Origin: Octopus bimaculoides | Taxonomy: Eukaryota | DNA length: 51,367 nt | Assembly: GCF_001194135.2 (NCBI RefSeq) | Contig: NC_068983.1 | Span: 10,499,642 to 10,551,008, forward strand | Direction of reading: 5' to 3' | In this document: positions 33,012 to 43,835 of the stretch, one piece after another | How positions within the stretch are numbered: position 1 is the stretch's first letter | Layout: every line of letters starts with the position of its first letter | Translations under genes and position numbers: made by a program | The notes under the pieces: generated by a model | The model's input: only the letters and a program-made list of their open reading frames with translations | The model's database searches: none | What the model was told of the DNA's origin: nothing

Positions 33012-34793
33012 TATATATATTCAGAACTAGTTGGAACTGGACTATTTAGTTTGACTCCCTTCTATCATATTTGGTCACAAAATATATATTAGTCAGAGCT
33101 TATCACCATTGGAGCAGTTGGTGTTAGGTTCTGCTAAACTTAATGATCAAAGTCAACTAAATTATTTGACTTCCAACAACAAAACTATATTAATGCTAAT
33201 AACGTAATGAGCGCAGTTAAATTGTGTGCCAGTCTAGGCCTCCTGGCAGTATCTGTTTGCGGCCCTTTGCGTTCTGATTTCAAATCCTGCTGAGCTTAAC
33301 TTTACCTTTCATCGTTACTGGATTAACAAAATACAACACAGGTCCAGCACTGAAGTTGATTTAATAAACTGTACCCACCCTAGATATGTGAGGTTTGGTG
33401 TTACTGTCAGAAATCAATAGTAGTGCAGTTATATGAAATTTATATATATAAAAAAAAATTGTCCTATTTATAATAAATAAAGTTTTCATTGATTTTTATG
33501 GCAGGAAAACATTTCTCTAATGAAACATTTTTAACAAGTAGTTAAGCTGCAGTTTTCTTTCTAAAATTTATATTTTTGTTTGAGACGGAAAAAAAAAAAA
33601 AAGAACAGAGCGTATTGTCTTTCTTCAGCTAATATATAGACAGCAAATTAGAGGATTAAATAACAATCTTTGGTTAAGATATGATACAATACCAGTGAAG
33701 TACTAAGATTGGTTTATATTCAGATCTGTTCAGTTTGGCTCTCAGATTTTCTCAAACTGAACAGATCCTTATATTCTTATGAAGTGTTCTAAAATGTAAA
33801 TGGAAATATAAAAGGAGACTAGCAATTATATATATTATTTAGTCCAAAGTCAACCCTGATCCTGCAGACCCATAAGTGCAGCTGTGACTGTTTTGACCTA
33901 TTTTCTGGGTCATAGTATTTGTTTTCAATTTTCAAGATGGCAGGATGTGATAAGAAGCAGATTTTGTTGCTGTTTCTAGCACACTGAACGACCACATAGT
34001 CACCTTCCACTGGCTTATAAACTGGACATGTTAAGTAGTTTATGATTTAAGAGGAGAATAAAGTAAACACATGCATGCATGCATGCGCTCACACACACAC
34101 ACACAAATACACACACACAAATACACACACACACAAATACACACACAAATACACACACACCTCACTATATTTCCCTTTTTGTTTTATGTTTACATATATT
34201 CTTATTCTTGATCTCTAGTTCATGACGAACTTCTGGTGTTCCATTATTAATTACTCTGTCTCCTACATTTGTTGATAGAAATGCCATGTGTATACATTCA
34301 TGTCTGAATTCATTGATTGTCAAGACACACAGCACACTTATTGGCTGTGTGCTCATGTTAATTCATTATCACACACTCTAGTAACAGTTGGTGGTTTTAA
34401 CCTGTCAGCATTACATGCTATAGTTATTTTATTGTTATTGCTTATAGCTAAGAGCCATGCTTTCTATGTGTAACTCACCATACAACTGCAATATGTCTTT
34501 TTAACAATATGGCTGAAGGGAAATATATCAGCAGAAAATTTAGCATATTAAATACATGTAAAGTAGGATCCTCAGTCAGCTGAGATTATCCAAGTAATTA
34601 GTTAACAAAGCCTCCTACCAAGGGCATTTAAAATCTAAGAAAAACTACAGGCAAAAGAGATATGTCCTATAAGTTGATTCGAATGTTTGTGTAGTATAAA
34701 TAATGCAAACTGGCATCTTGGGTCTTCTGCTATAATTCTGAGCTGATTAAAGACTTGTAAGTGAATTTGAAAGACGGAAACTGAAAGAGGCAC

Positions 34794-34827
<34 letters not shown>

Positions 34828-34989
34828 ACATATGTATATGTGTTTGCATGTACTTGTGTCTTGACATCTTGTGATTGTTGTAAACGAGCATCACCATCAG
34901 ATAAGCTATGTTATTTGTTTCCAGTCTTCCTTGGAAAACATATCCACCCATGGGACATATTAGCTGCTTGGAAATAGGTGGGGGTTGGT

Positions 34990-35830
34990 GACAAGAAGGG
35001 CATCTAGATTGGACGGTTTAACCTAGGTTGGTAAGCTGAGGGGCTGCACCAGACTCCAGTCTGATTTGGCATGGTTTCTATGGCTAGATGCCCTTCCTAA
35101 CACCAACCACCCTGAGAGTATAATAGGTACTCTCACGTGCCATCGGCACAGGTGCCAGTTGCGTGGCACCAGTATCCGCTACAATTATGATTTTACTTGG
35201 CTTGATGAGTCTTCTTCTCAAGCATGGCATATAATACCAAAAGTCTAGGTCATTTGTCATTGCCTTCATGAGGCCCAATGCTCAAAAGGTGCTTTTCATG
35301 TGCCGCTGGCATGGGTTCCAGTTATGTGCCACTGGCACGGTTCATGACTATGATTTCACTTGGCTTAACAGATCTTCCCAAGCATGTCATATCGCTAAAG
35401 ATCTTGGTCACTAGTCATTTCCTCCATGAGGCCCAACATTCAAAGATCATGCTTCACCACCTCGTCCCATGTCTTTCTCGGTCTACCTCTACTACAGGTT
35501 CCCTCCACATTTAGAGCTCAGCACTTCTTTACACAGCTTTCCTCGTCCATACACCTCACATGACCATACCAGCACAGTTGTCTCTGTTGCACACCACATT
35601 TGATGCTTTTTATGCCCAACTTTTCTCTTAAGATGCTTACACTCTGCTGTACATGCACACTTATATTGCACATCCAGCGAAGCATGCTAGCTTCATTTCT
35701 TTCAAGCCTACGCATGTCCTTGCTGGTCACAGCCCATGTTTCACTGCTGTGTAGCATAGCTGTTTGGACATCGGCCTTTCACTCTGTGAGAGAGACCCTT
35801 TGTTAGCAGCAGAGGTAGGAGCTCTCTGAA
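34990..35830 (-). mobile_element. Older RTE LINE fragment (RT C-terminus plus 3' UTR)
   Basis: Minus-strand MLHSSETWAVTSKDMRRLERNEASMLRWMC...LREKLGIKSIKCGVQQRQLCWYGHV. Confidence 0.8.
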
Positions 35831-36222
35831 CTTTGCCCAGCTTATATATGTGTGTGTGTGTATGTGAGAGAGAGAGAGAGAATGTAGTGATACTTATGGA
35901 TTTTTGCAATATGGCTGAGGAAAATACCTTAGTGGAGTAGTATTCCTTATGCTAAATTCAAAAGAAGTAGTATTTCACATATGAAAAATATTAGCTGAAA
36001 AAAATCTTTGTCTACTGAGATTATCAAGGTAAATTAGTTAGCGAAAACTCCTTGTAGGAGACAAAATCTAAAAACCAGGTAAGGGACATAACTCTATTAA
36101 TATCTCTGGACATTCCAGAACAAAACAAAAAACACACAGAAGCAAACACAAAACAATACAAACTCAATGTAACGGTGTAAAAAATTGTAAATTGTTTTTC
36201 CTATCTTTCTATCTCTTATCAG

Positions 36223-36389
36223 GTTTAAAGTTGTTGGTATGATGGGTAAATATATTTATAACATTGGTATATGTACTCCAGTTATGGAGAATGCTAACCA
36301 AGATGATATTGCTGTAATACAGATAAAAAGTGATGACAAGACCAGTACTGTCATTGGCAATATCACTAATACCTACATATTAGATGGGG
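36223..36389 (+). CDS. M6PR: M6PR coding exon 2
   Basis: Acceptor CTCTTATCAG. Encodes FKVVGMMGKYIYNIGICTPV...AVIQIKSDDKTSTVIGNITNTYILDG, resembling human YIYIFRVC...GLVQIN...TVVGRLNETHIFNG. Donor GG|GTAAGT. 167 nt. Confidence 0.9.
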
Positions 36390-36742
36390 GTAAGTAACAA
36401 AATTCTTTAAAAATATTTTGTTTTTCTTATGTACTTCAGTTTTTTTATTTTGTTCTAAAATGTCATTTTGAAGCTGCATAAGCATCTATGATTGTGAAAC
36501 CTTAACAGTGAATGGTTTGCCTATTAATGTATGTTGTTATGCCTTAGATCAGCTCTGATTGAGCAGACATATGATCAAAGATTTCCCAACCAGGATTACT
36601 ATCTCCTTTTGTTTTCCCAGAAATAGTTTACCTGGGACTACATTATTCAGTATGCGTTTCTTTTTTTTAAGATAGAGGGTGATTTGAGGGGCAGGATTTA
36701 ATTGTTGCTTCTAGCAATTTCAGTGACTATATAGTCCTCTTA

Positions 36743-37128
36743 GTGGAGGCGCAATGGCCCAGTGGTTAGGACAGCGGACTCGTGGTCATAGGATCGTGGT
36801 TTCGATTCCCAGACCGGGCGTTGTGAGTGTTTATTGAGCGAAAACACCTAAAAGCTCCACGAAGCTCCGGCAGGGGATGGTGGCGAACCCTGCTGTACTC
36901 TCTCAGCACAACTTTCTCTCACTCTTTCTTCCTGTTTCTGTTGTGCCTGTGATTCAAAGGGTCAGCCTTGTCACACTGTGTCACGTTGAATATCCCCGAG
37001 AACTACGTTAAGGGTACACGTGTCTGTGGAGTGCTCAGCCACTTGCACATTAATTTCACAAGCAGGCTGTTCCATTGATCGGATCAACTGGAACCCTCGA
37101 CGTCATAAGCGATGGAGTGCCAGCAACA
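36743..37128 (+). mobile_element. Full-length tRNA-derived SINE (family D) with 12-bp target-site duplication
   Basis: Head GGAGGCGCAATGGCCCAGTGGTTAGG...GGTTTCGATTCCC and CAA tail. TSD ATAGTCCTCTTA at 36731-42 and 37129-40. Confidence 0.85.
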
Positions 37129-37872
37129 ATAGTCCTCTTAAAATTATGGCTTCAGTCAGATGTAGCAGAGGGAAAGGACATTATTCTAAGAAAAATTTCT
37201 AAAGAAATGAAAATATTTTGGAGATTGTTACTGTGTAGCACTTGGTCAGCCCAGATTGAGCAGTGCTATGATCAAAATATGATTTGAAGATTCAGCTGCT
37301 ATTTCTAGCAGGTTCATTTGCTGATAAATTGGCATAGTATATGTGGGTGAAATTGGTACTGTTGATGTAATTTATGTTCAGTTTTAATAACTGCATGGAA
37401 CATGTGGAAATAATGGAACCACATAGGGATATAGTGTATGAAAAGACAGGTAGAGAAAAAATAGCCCACAGTTTTAACACAGGTGGGCAGTTTCAATTAT
37501 TATCAAGTTAAGAGTTTTAGTTCATTACAATGTAAACTGTTTCAGTTCTCATTAAGATATCAAGTCTTTATACTCACACACCTGTGTGTGTGTGTGTGTA
37601 ATTTTGCTTGGGTTTTCTTGTCTTGACAATGCATGATAGTTGTAAATGCGTATCACTGTCATACAAGCAGTGTCATTTGTTTCCAATATTCTGCAGAAAC
37701 TTGTCTGGTCATAGGGAAATATCAACTTGTTAGGTAACAGGTGAGGGTTAGCAACAGGAAGAGCATCTGGCTTTAGGAATCTACATGTTTGCATGGGTTT
37801 GATGGGGTTTGCTGGCCAAGCTCCTACACAGTGAGACTGAACCTAAAAACCATGTGGTCACAAAAATATTTA

Positions 37873-37945
37873 TCGTAAATCCTCGAGTATAGTCCGCCCT
37901 TGAGTATAATATGCAGGGGATTTTTAGGGGGCTGTACCTCTGAAA
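37873..37945 (-). mobile_element. Second copy of the same MITE, inverted, running into a gap
   Basis: Reverse complement of 32940-33011. Confidence 0.75.
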
Positions 37946-38587
37946 NNNNNNNNNNNNNNNNNNNNNNNNNNNNNNNNNNNNNNNNNNNNNNNNNNNNNNN
38001 NNNNNNNNNNNNNNNNNNNNNNNNNNNNNNNNNNNNNNNNNNNNNNNNNNNNNNNNNNNNNNNNNNNNNNNNNNNNNNNNNNNNNNNNNNNNNNNNNNNN
38101 NNNNNNNNNNNNNNNNNNNNNNNNNNNNNNNNNNNNNNNNNNNNNNNNNNNNNNNNNNNNNNNNNNNNNNNNNNNNNNNNNNNNNNNNNNNNNNNNNNNN
38201 NNNNNNNNNNNNNNNNNNNNNNNNNNNNNNNNNNNNNNNNNNNNNNNNNNNNNNNNNNNNNNNNNNNNNNNNNNNNNNNNNNNNNNNNNNNNNNNNNNNN
38301 NNNNNNNNNNNNNNNNNNNNNNNNNNNNNNNNNNNNNNNNNNNNNNNNNNNNNNNNNNNNNNNNNNNNNNNNNNNNNNNNNNNNNNNNNNNNNNNNNNNN
38401 NNNNNNNNNNNNNNNNNNNNNNNNNNNNNNNNNNNNNNNNNNNNNNNNNNNNNNNNNNNNNNNNNNNNNNNNNNNNNNNNNNNNNNNNNNNNNNNNNNNN
38501 NNNNNNNNNNNNNNNNNNNNNNNNNNNNNNNNNNNNNNNNNNNNNNNNNNNNNNNNNNNNNNNNNNNNNNNNNNNNNNNNNNNNNNN

Positions 38588-38626
<39 letters not shown>

Positions 38627-39061
38627 CCAAGAAAGTTAGGGGTTGTGAATCCAACCCACTAAGGGATAATATCTATCCAATATACTGCCAGAAGACATTC
38701 ATTTCATCTATCAATTACTCCAGTCTACTGGAGTTATATAGATAGAATGAGGCATGTCACCTCTAGGCTGAAACAGCTGTAAGACATTGTCCCTTCTTCG
38801 GTCACTAGATGCCCTTTTTTATTTTTATTACTGATATGACATAATATGTCGTATTTGTTTGTATATTGTTTTTATTGTCCTGTCCTCTTAGTTGAAAAAT
38901 AAACAGGCAAATTGACATTATGCAATGTCTGCAAATTGATGAGTACCACATATTCCCCTCCATTTTCTTATTGCTATATATATATATATATTAAATTCAA
39001 ATTACGACAAACGTAAATAAACAAGCGAAGCTTGCTTTTAGAAGCATTGAGATGTCTTTTT

Positions 39062-39294
39062 TATAGAAAGTTAAAGAAGTGATGTTTAAATTCTCAATTG
39101 CAGAATAATGCTAATAATATAGCCTGAACAGGATAAACTATCCCTATTTTGCAGAGAAAAGTGTAGGCGGCTAGCTGTCCACAGCTAGCTGCCTACACTT
39201 TTCTCTGCAAAAATAGGGATAGTTTATCCTGTTCAGGCTATATTATTAGCATTATTCTGCAATTGAGAATTTAAACATCACTTCTTTAACTTTC

Positions 39295-39298
<4 letters not shown>
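39062..39298. repeat. Near-perfect 237-bp palindrome (117/118-bp arms, 2-nt spacer)
   Basis: Arms 39062-39178 and 39181-39298 are reverse complements except for one G/A difference and one extra A. Confidence 0.95.
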
Positions 39299-39333
<35 letters not shown>

Positions 39334-39359
39334 ATAGTTGTCAACTGTGGAATACAACT

Positions 39360-39392
<33 letters not shown>

Positions 39393-39894
39393 ATAAACCT
39401 AATCATTGCATAGTGCATGAAAATACTAGTTTTATCACAATAGATATATAATATTCTACCATTATAATATTGTAAAATTGTAAATAATAAAAATGAAAAT
39501 CAGATTAAGTTGGAATTTCAATGATTTGTGTGTGTGTATGGTGTCTGTGTATGAGAATATTTACATTCCACATATTCGTATGAAACATTTGACCAAAATG
39601 AACAGTGATGTTATGTTGAGCTTAACTGTTAATTTGTCCTGTAGCTTTCCATTTTTGACGACAAGTGATATATAAAGGTTCTTTACTTAAAAAATAGTTG
39701 AGAAGTTCGTTCATCTGCAAATTAATGCCTCAGTAAGTGTTCTTCCTAGTTTTGCCTTCATGGGAAAATGGACTTAAAATGAATGACTGAATGTATGTAT
39801 GTATGTATGTATGTATGTATGTATGTATATACACTAACACACACACATATTCTATATATTTATGCATATATTCTATATATTTATACTTCAACAG

Positions 39895-39980
39895 TTAACT
39901 GGGTATCATTAGAATATCGCAATACCTACAATAAGAAGAAAGCTCTTCTTATGATCATTTGTGATGAATCTGTAACTGAT
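39895..39980 (+). CDS. M6PR: M6PR coding exon 3
   Basis: Acceptor TACTTCAACAG. Encodes (V)NWVSLEYRNTYNKKKALLMIICDESVTD, resembling human SNWIMLIY...RRAVVMISC. Donor GAT|GTAAGT. 86 nt, phase 1 to 0. Confidence 0.88.
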
Positions 39981-40318
39981 GTAAGTAATTTTTGTTTATC
40001 TATTTTTATTAATTCGTCTGAGAAGGCAGGATAAAATCCATGGCATATGCGGGACTTTCCCAGACTAGTGAAATTTATTTTTTCAGCTTAATCAGGAAAA
40101 AGAGGACAACATCCAACAGTTTGATTTGTTTTCCATGGTACCTTTTTTTCAGAACCTCCAAGACTGGTGGGAGTTGAGGAGGAAGAAGTTAACTTATGAC
40201 TGGAGACCTAGCCTTGATGCTTAAAACTGAGGGACCTGCATTAAAGGCATCCAAGGATCAGGAGGTGAAGCCAGACTGGGTGACTGGTTAATCTATCATC
40301 CAGAAATATAGGACAGAA

Positions 40319-40497
40319 GTTGTTGGCACTCCGTCGCTTACGACGTCGAGGGTTCCAGCTGATCCGATCAACAGAACAGCCTGCTCGTGAAATTAATGTG
40401 CAAGTGGCTGAGCACTCCACAGACACGTGTACCTTAACATAGTTCTCGGGGATATTCAGCATGGCACAGTGTGACAAGGCTGACCCTTTGAATTACT
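40319..40497 (-). mobile_element. 5'-truncated SINE family D
   Basis: Reverse complement of 36949-37128, with about 13 differences in about 180 nt counted by eye. Confidence 0.85.
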
Positions 40498-40796
40498 GCA
40501 TGAAAAAATAGACATGAAACACTGACAATGATAGTGATATGTCACTTTCTTTTACTGGTTCCAGTCATTGGACTATGGCTATGCTGGGGCACTGTTTTGA
40601 GGAATTTAACCAAACAAATTGATCCTAGTACTTTTATTTTTGTAAACCAGGTACTTATGCTACTGGTCTCTTTTGCTGACTCACTAAGTTAGCTGGATGT
40701 AAACAAACCAACACCAGTTATCAAGCAGTGAAAGGACATACACAAACAAAAGTAACACACATAGATGTATATACATACATATATAATATATATACA

Positions 40797-41002
40797 GTAC
40801 CACCTGACTGGTCCTTGTGCCGGTGGCACGTAAAAGCACCCACTACACTCTCGGAGAGGTTGGCGTTAGGAAGGGCATCCAGCTGTAGAAACTCTGCCAC
40901 ATCAGATTGGAGCCTGGTGTAGCCATCTGGCTCACTGGTCCCCAGTCAAACCGTCCAACACATGCTAGCATGGAAAGCAGACGTTAAACGATGATGATGA
41001 TG
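40797..41002 (+). mobile_element. RTE LINE 3' end with (GAT)n tail
   Basis: Homologous to 1-234, more diverged. Confidence 0.75.
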
Positions 41003-41172
41003 AACATAAAACCAGAAGAAATGCTGCAAAGCATTTTGTCTGGCATGATAAGAATTCTGCCAACTCAGTGCCTTTTCTTTTAATATTGAAACCATTTCCA
41101 GTATGTTATATGTTCTTGTTTCCTGCCTACAATGCTTGCTTGATTTGTTTGTTTTTTCTCTCTCATTCACAG

Positions 41173-41303
41173 GATAATCCCCAAATTCAAATTATCACTC
41201 GAAACATCAAGAACACTGATAACTACTATGTGTTTACACTTTTACATCCATCTGTCTGTAAGAAACAACCATCAATAAGTGTTGGATCTATCATTGTAAT
41301 TGT
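41173..41303 (+). CDS. M6PR: M6PR coding exon 4
   Basis: Acceptor CTCATTCACAG. Encodes DNPQIQIITRNIKNTDNYYVFTLLHPSVCKKQPSISVGSIIVI, resembling human FYLFEMDSSLAC...LSVGSILLV. Donor GT|GTAAGT. 131 nt. Confidence 0.9.
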
Positions 41304-41654
41304 GTAAGTTCACAGATCATAAAATTTTGTTACCACTCATTTCTGAAATATTAGTATTAATAGTCAGATCACTGCACCCAGTCTTATATTATAAAATATT
41401 GGAAAGTTGTCTTATATTTATGTTGATGTTCTTTCTCCTTCAAAAAGTTTGTAGGTGATTTGACTGTTATTTAAAGCACGTAGGAGCTCGATTGTTGGCT
41501 GTAGGTCGAAATGTAGCATGTTACCTCATACAGCTCAATTTGTTCATAGCTAAGTTGTTAAAGGTTAAAGCTTATTTCGTTTGAGCGAGGTTATGCAAGC
41601 AAGATTTATCTCCCTTAGTAAAAAAAACTATTATTCTTACCATTTCCAGCTTCT

Positions 41655-42048
41655 CTTTTATTCTTTTACTCTTTTACTTGTTTCAGTCTGCGGCCATGCT
41701 GGGGCACCGCCTTTTAGTCGAGCAAATCGACCCCCAGGACTTATTCTTTGTAAGCCTAGTACTTATTCTATCGGTCTCTTTTGCCGAACCGCTAAGTTAC
41801 GGGGACGTAAACACACCAGCATCGGTTGTCAAGCGATGTTGGGGAGACAAATACAAACACACAAACATATATATACATATACATATATACGACGGGCTTC
41901 TTTCAGTTTCCGTCTACCAAATCCACTCACAAGGCTTTGGTCGGCCCGAGGCTATAGTAGAAGACACTTGCCCAAGGTGCCACGCAGTGAGACTGAACCC
42001 AGAGCCATGTGGTTGGTAAGCAAGCTACTTACCACATAGCCACTCCTG
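41655..42048 (-). mobile_element. Full-length SINE family A
   Basis: Reverse complement of the 30141-30567 family. Partial minus copies also lie at 42305-42470 and 43336-43610. Confidence 0.85.
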
Positions 42049-42164
42049 TAAAGTTATTTCTAGTTAGCTTTTAACACTCTCTTCAAATTAAATTATGATT
42101 GATTAAAATATAAGATCCTTATTTCCTTTTAAAATATGTTTTTAATATGTTGTCTCTTTGACAG

Positions 42165-42291
42165 TTTTATCAGTATTGTTGCTGCCTACTTTATTATTGG
42201 CTTCTTATACATGAGGTTTGTCTTAGAAGCAAAGGGTCTTGAACAAATACCAAATTATGGATTTTGGCAAGATTTTGGTAACTTACTGGCG
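42165..42291 (+). CDS. M6PR: M6PR coding exon 5 (transmembrane segment and start of tail)
   Basis: Encodes [42 protein letters not shown], resembling human [31 protein letters not shown]. Donor GCG|GTAAGT. 127 nt. Confidence 0.95.
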
Positions 42292-43715
42292 GTAAGTAGG
42301 TCTATACTCTTTTACTCTTTTACTTGTTTCAGTCATTTGACTGCGGCCATGCTGGAGTACTGCCTTTAGTCGAGCAAATCGACCCCGGGACTTAGTCTTT
42401 GTAAGCCTAGTACATATTCTATTGGTCTCTTTTGCCGAACCGCTATGTTATGGGGACGTAAACACACCAANNNNNNNNNNNNNNNNNNNNNNNNNNNNNN
42501 NNNNNNNNNNNNNNNNNNNNNNNNNNNNNNNNNNNNNNNNNNNNNNNNNNNNNNNNNNNNNNNNNNNNNNNNNNNNNNNNNNNNNNNNNNNNNNNNNNNN
42601 NNNNNNNNNNNNNNNNNNNNNNNNNNNNNNNNNNNNNNNNNNNNNNNNNNNNNNNNNNNNNNNNNNNNNNNNNNNNNNNNNNNNNNNNNNNNNNNNNNNN
42701 NNNNNNNNNNNNNNNNNNNNNNNNNNNNNNNNNNNNNNNNNNNNNNNNNNNNNNNNNNNNNNNNNNNNNNNNNNNNNNNNNNNNNNNNNNNNNNNNNNNN
42801 NNNNNNNNNNNNNNNNNNNNNNNNNNNNNNNNNNNNNNNNNNNNNNNNNNNNNNNNNNNNNNNNNNNNNNNNNNNNNNNNNNNNNNNNNNNNNNNNNNNN
42901 NNNNNNNNNNNNNNNNNNNNNNNNNNNNNNNNNNNNNNNNNNNNNNNNNNNNNNNNNNNNNNNNNNNNNNNNNNNNNNNNNNNNNNNNNNNNNNNNNNNN
43001 NNNNNNNNNNNNNNNNNNNNNNNNNNNNNNNNNNNNNNNNNNNNNNNNNNNNNNNNNNNNNNNNNNNNNNNNNNNNNNNNNNNNNNNNNNNNNNNNNNNN
43101 NNNNNNNNNNNNNNNNNNNNNNNNNNNNNNNNNNNNNNNNNNNNNNNNNNNNNNNNNNNNNNNNNNNNNNNNNNNNNNNNNNNNNNNNNNTATGAAGAAA
43201 CGTCTGGCCATGTGACCTTGGAAACAGCTGATGGTTCCGGACAGGTTTTCTCATGTTATGTGATCTTTGAAAATAAAAAAGCCTCCTTAAATGGTGTTAC
43301 TTGTTTCTACTTCTATACATCAAACAGGCCTGGGGTCTATTGGTCTCTTTTGCCGAACCGCTATGTTATGGGGACGTAAACACACCAACATCAGTTGTCA
43401 AGCGATGTTGCGGGGACAAACAGACACACACACACACATATATATATATACATATATATGACGGGCTTCTTTTAGTTTCCGTCTACTGAATCCACTCACA
43501 AGGCTTTGGTCAGCCCGAGGCTATAGTAGAAGACACTTGCCCAAGGTGCCATGCAGGGGGACTGAACCCGGAACCATGTAGTTCGTAAGCAAGCTACTTA
43601 CCACACAACGCCTGTAGACTTATGAGACAGATGAATGTGTTAATATTCACAAAAAGACATTTTGTTTCTCTTTATTGTCTCAATTTAACGATCGTTTTTC
43701 TTACCTTTCTTCAAG

Positions 43716-43835
43716 GATGGCTGTAACTTAACTTGTCGATCTGGAAGTTCAACTCAACAGAAGACTTATAAAGGAATTGGTGACGACCAGCTTGAAGAAG
43801 AAGATGAGCGTGATGAACACTTACTTCCAATGTGA
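43716..43835 (+). CDS. M6PR: M6PR terminal coding exon
   Basis: Encodes DGCNLTCRSGSSTQQKTYKGIGDDQLEEEDERDEHLLPM*. It carries the two juxtamembrane Cys, YKGI, and the acidic-dileucine C-terminus characteristic of CD-MPR. Candidate AATAAA at 44624. Confidence 0.97.
   Translation, partial: DGCNLTCRSGSSTQQKTYKGIGDDQLEEEDERDEHLLPM

Noticed and set aside
36743-36815. tRNA gene
   Set aside because: This is a SINE head: it continues into a SINE body with a TSD and no complete cloverleaf is evident. The same applies at 30141 and 28735.
38700-38800. Hammerhead ribozyme or Penelope terminal motif (GAAACAGCTG)
   Set aside because: No intact CTGANGA core upstream. CTGATGA at 2755, 16739, 23354 and 50419 lacks a correctly closed stem II plus GAAA.
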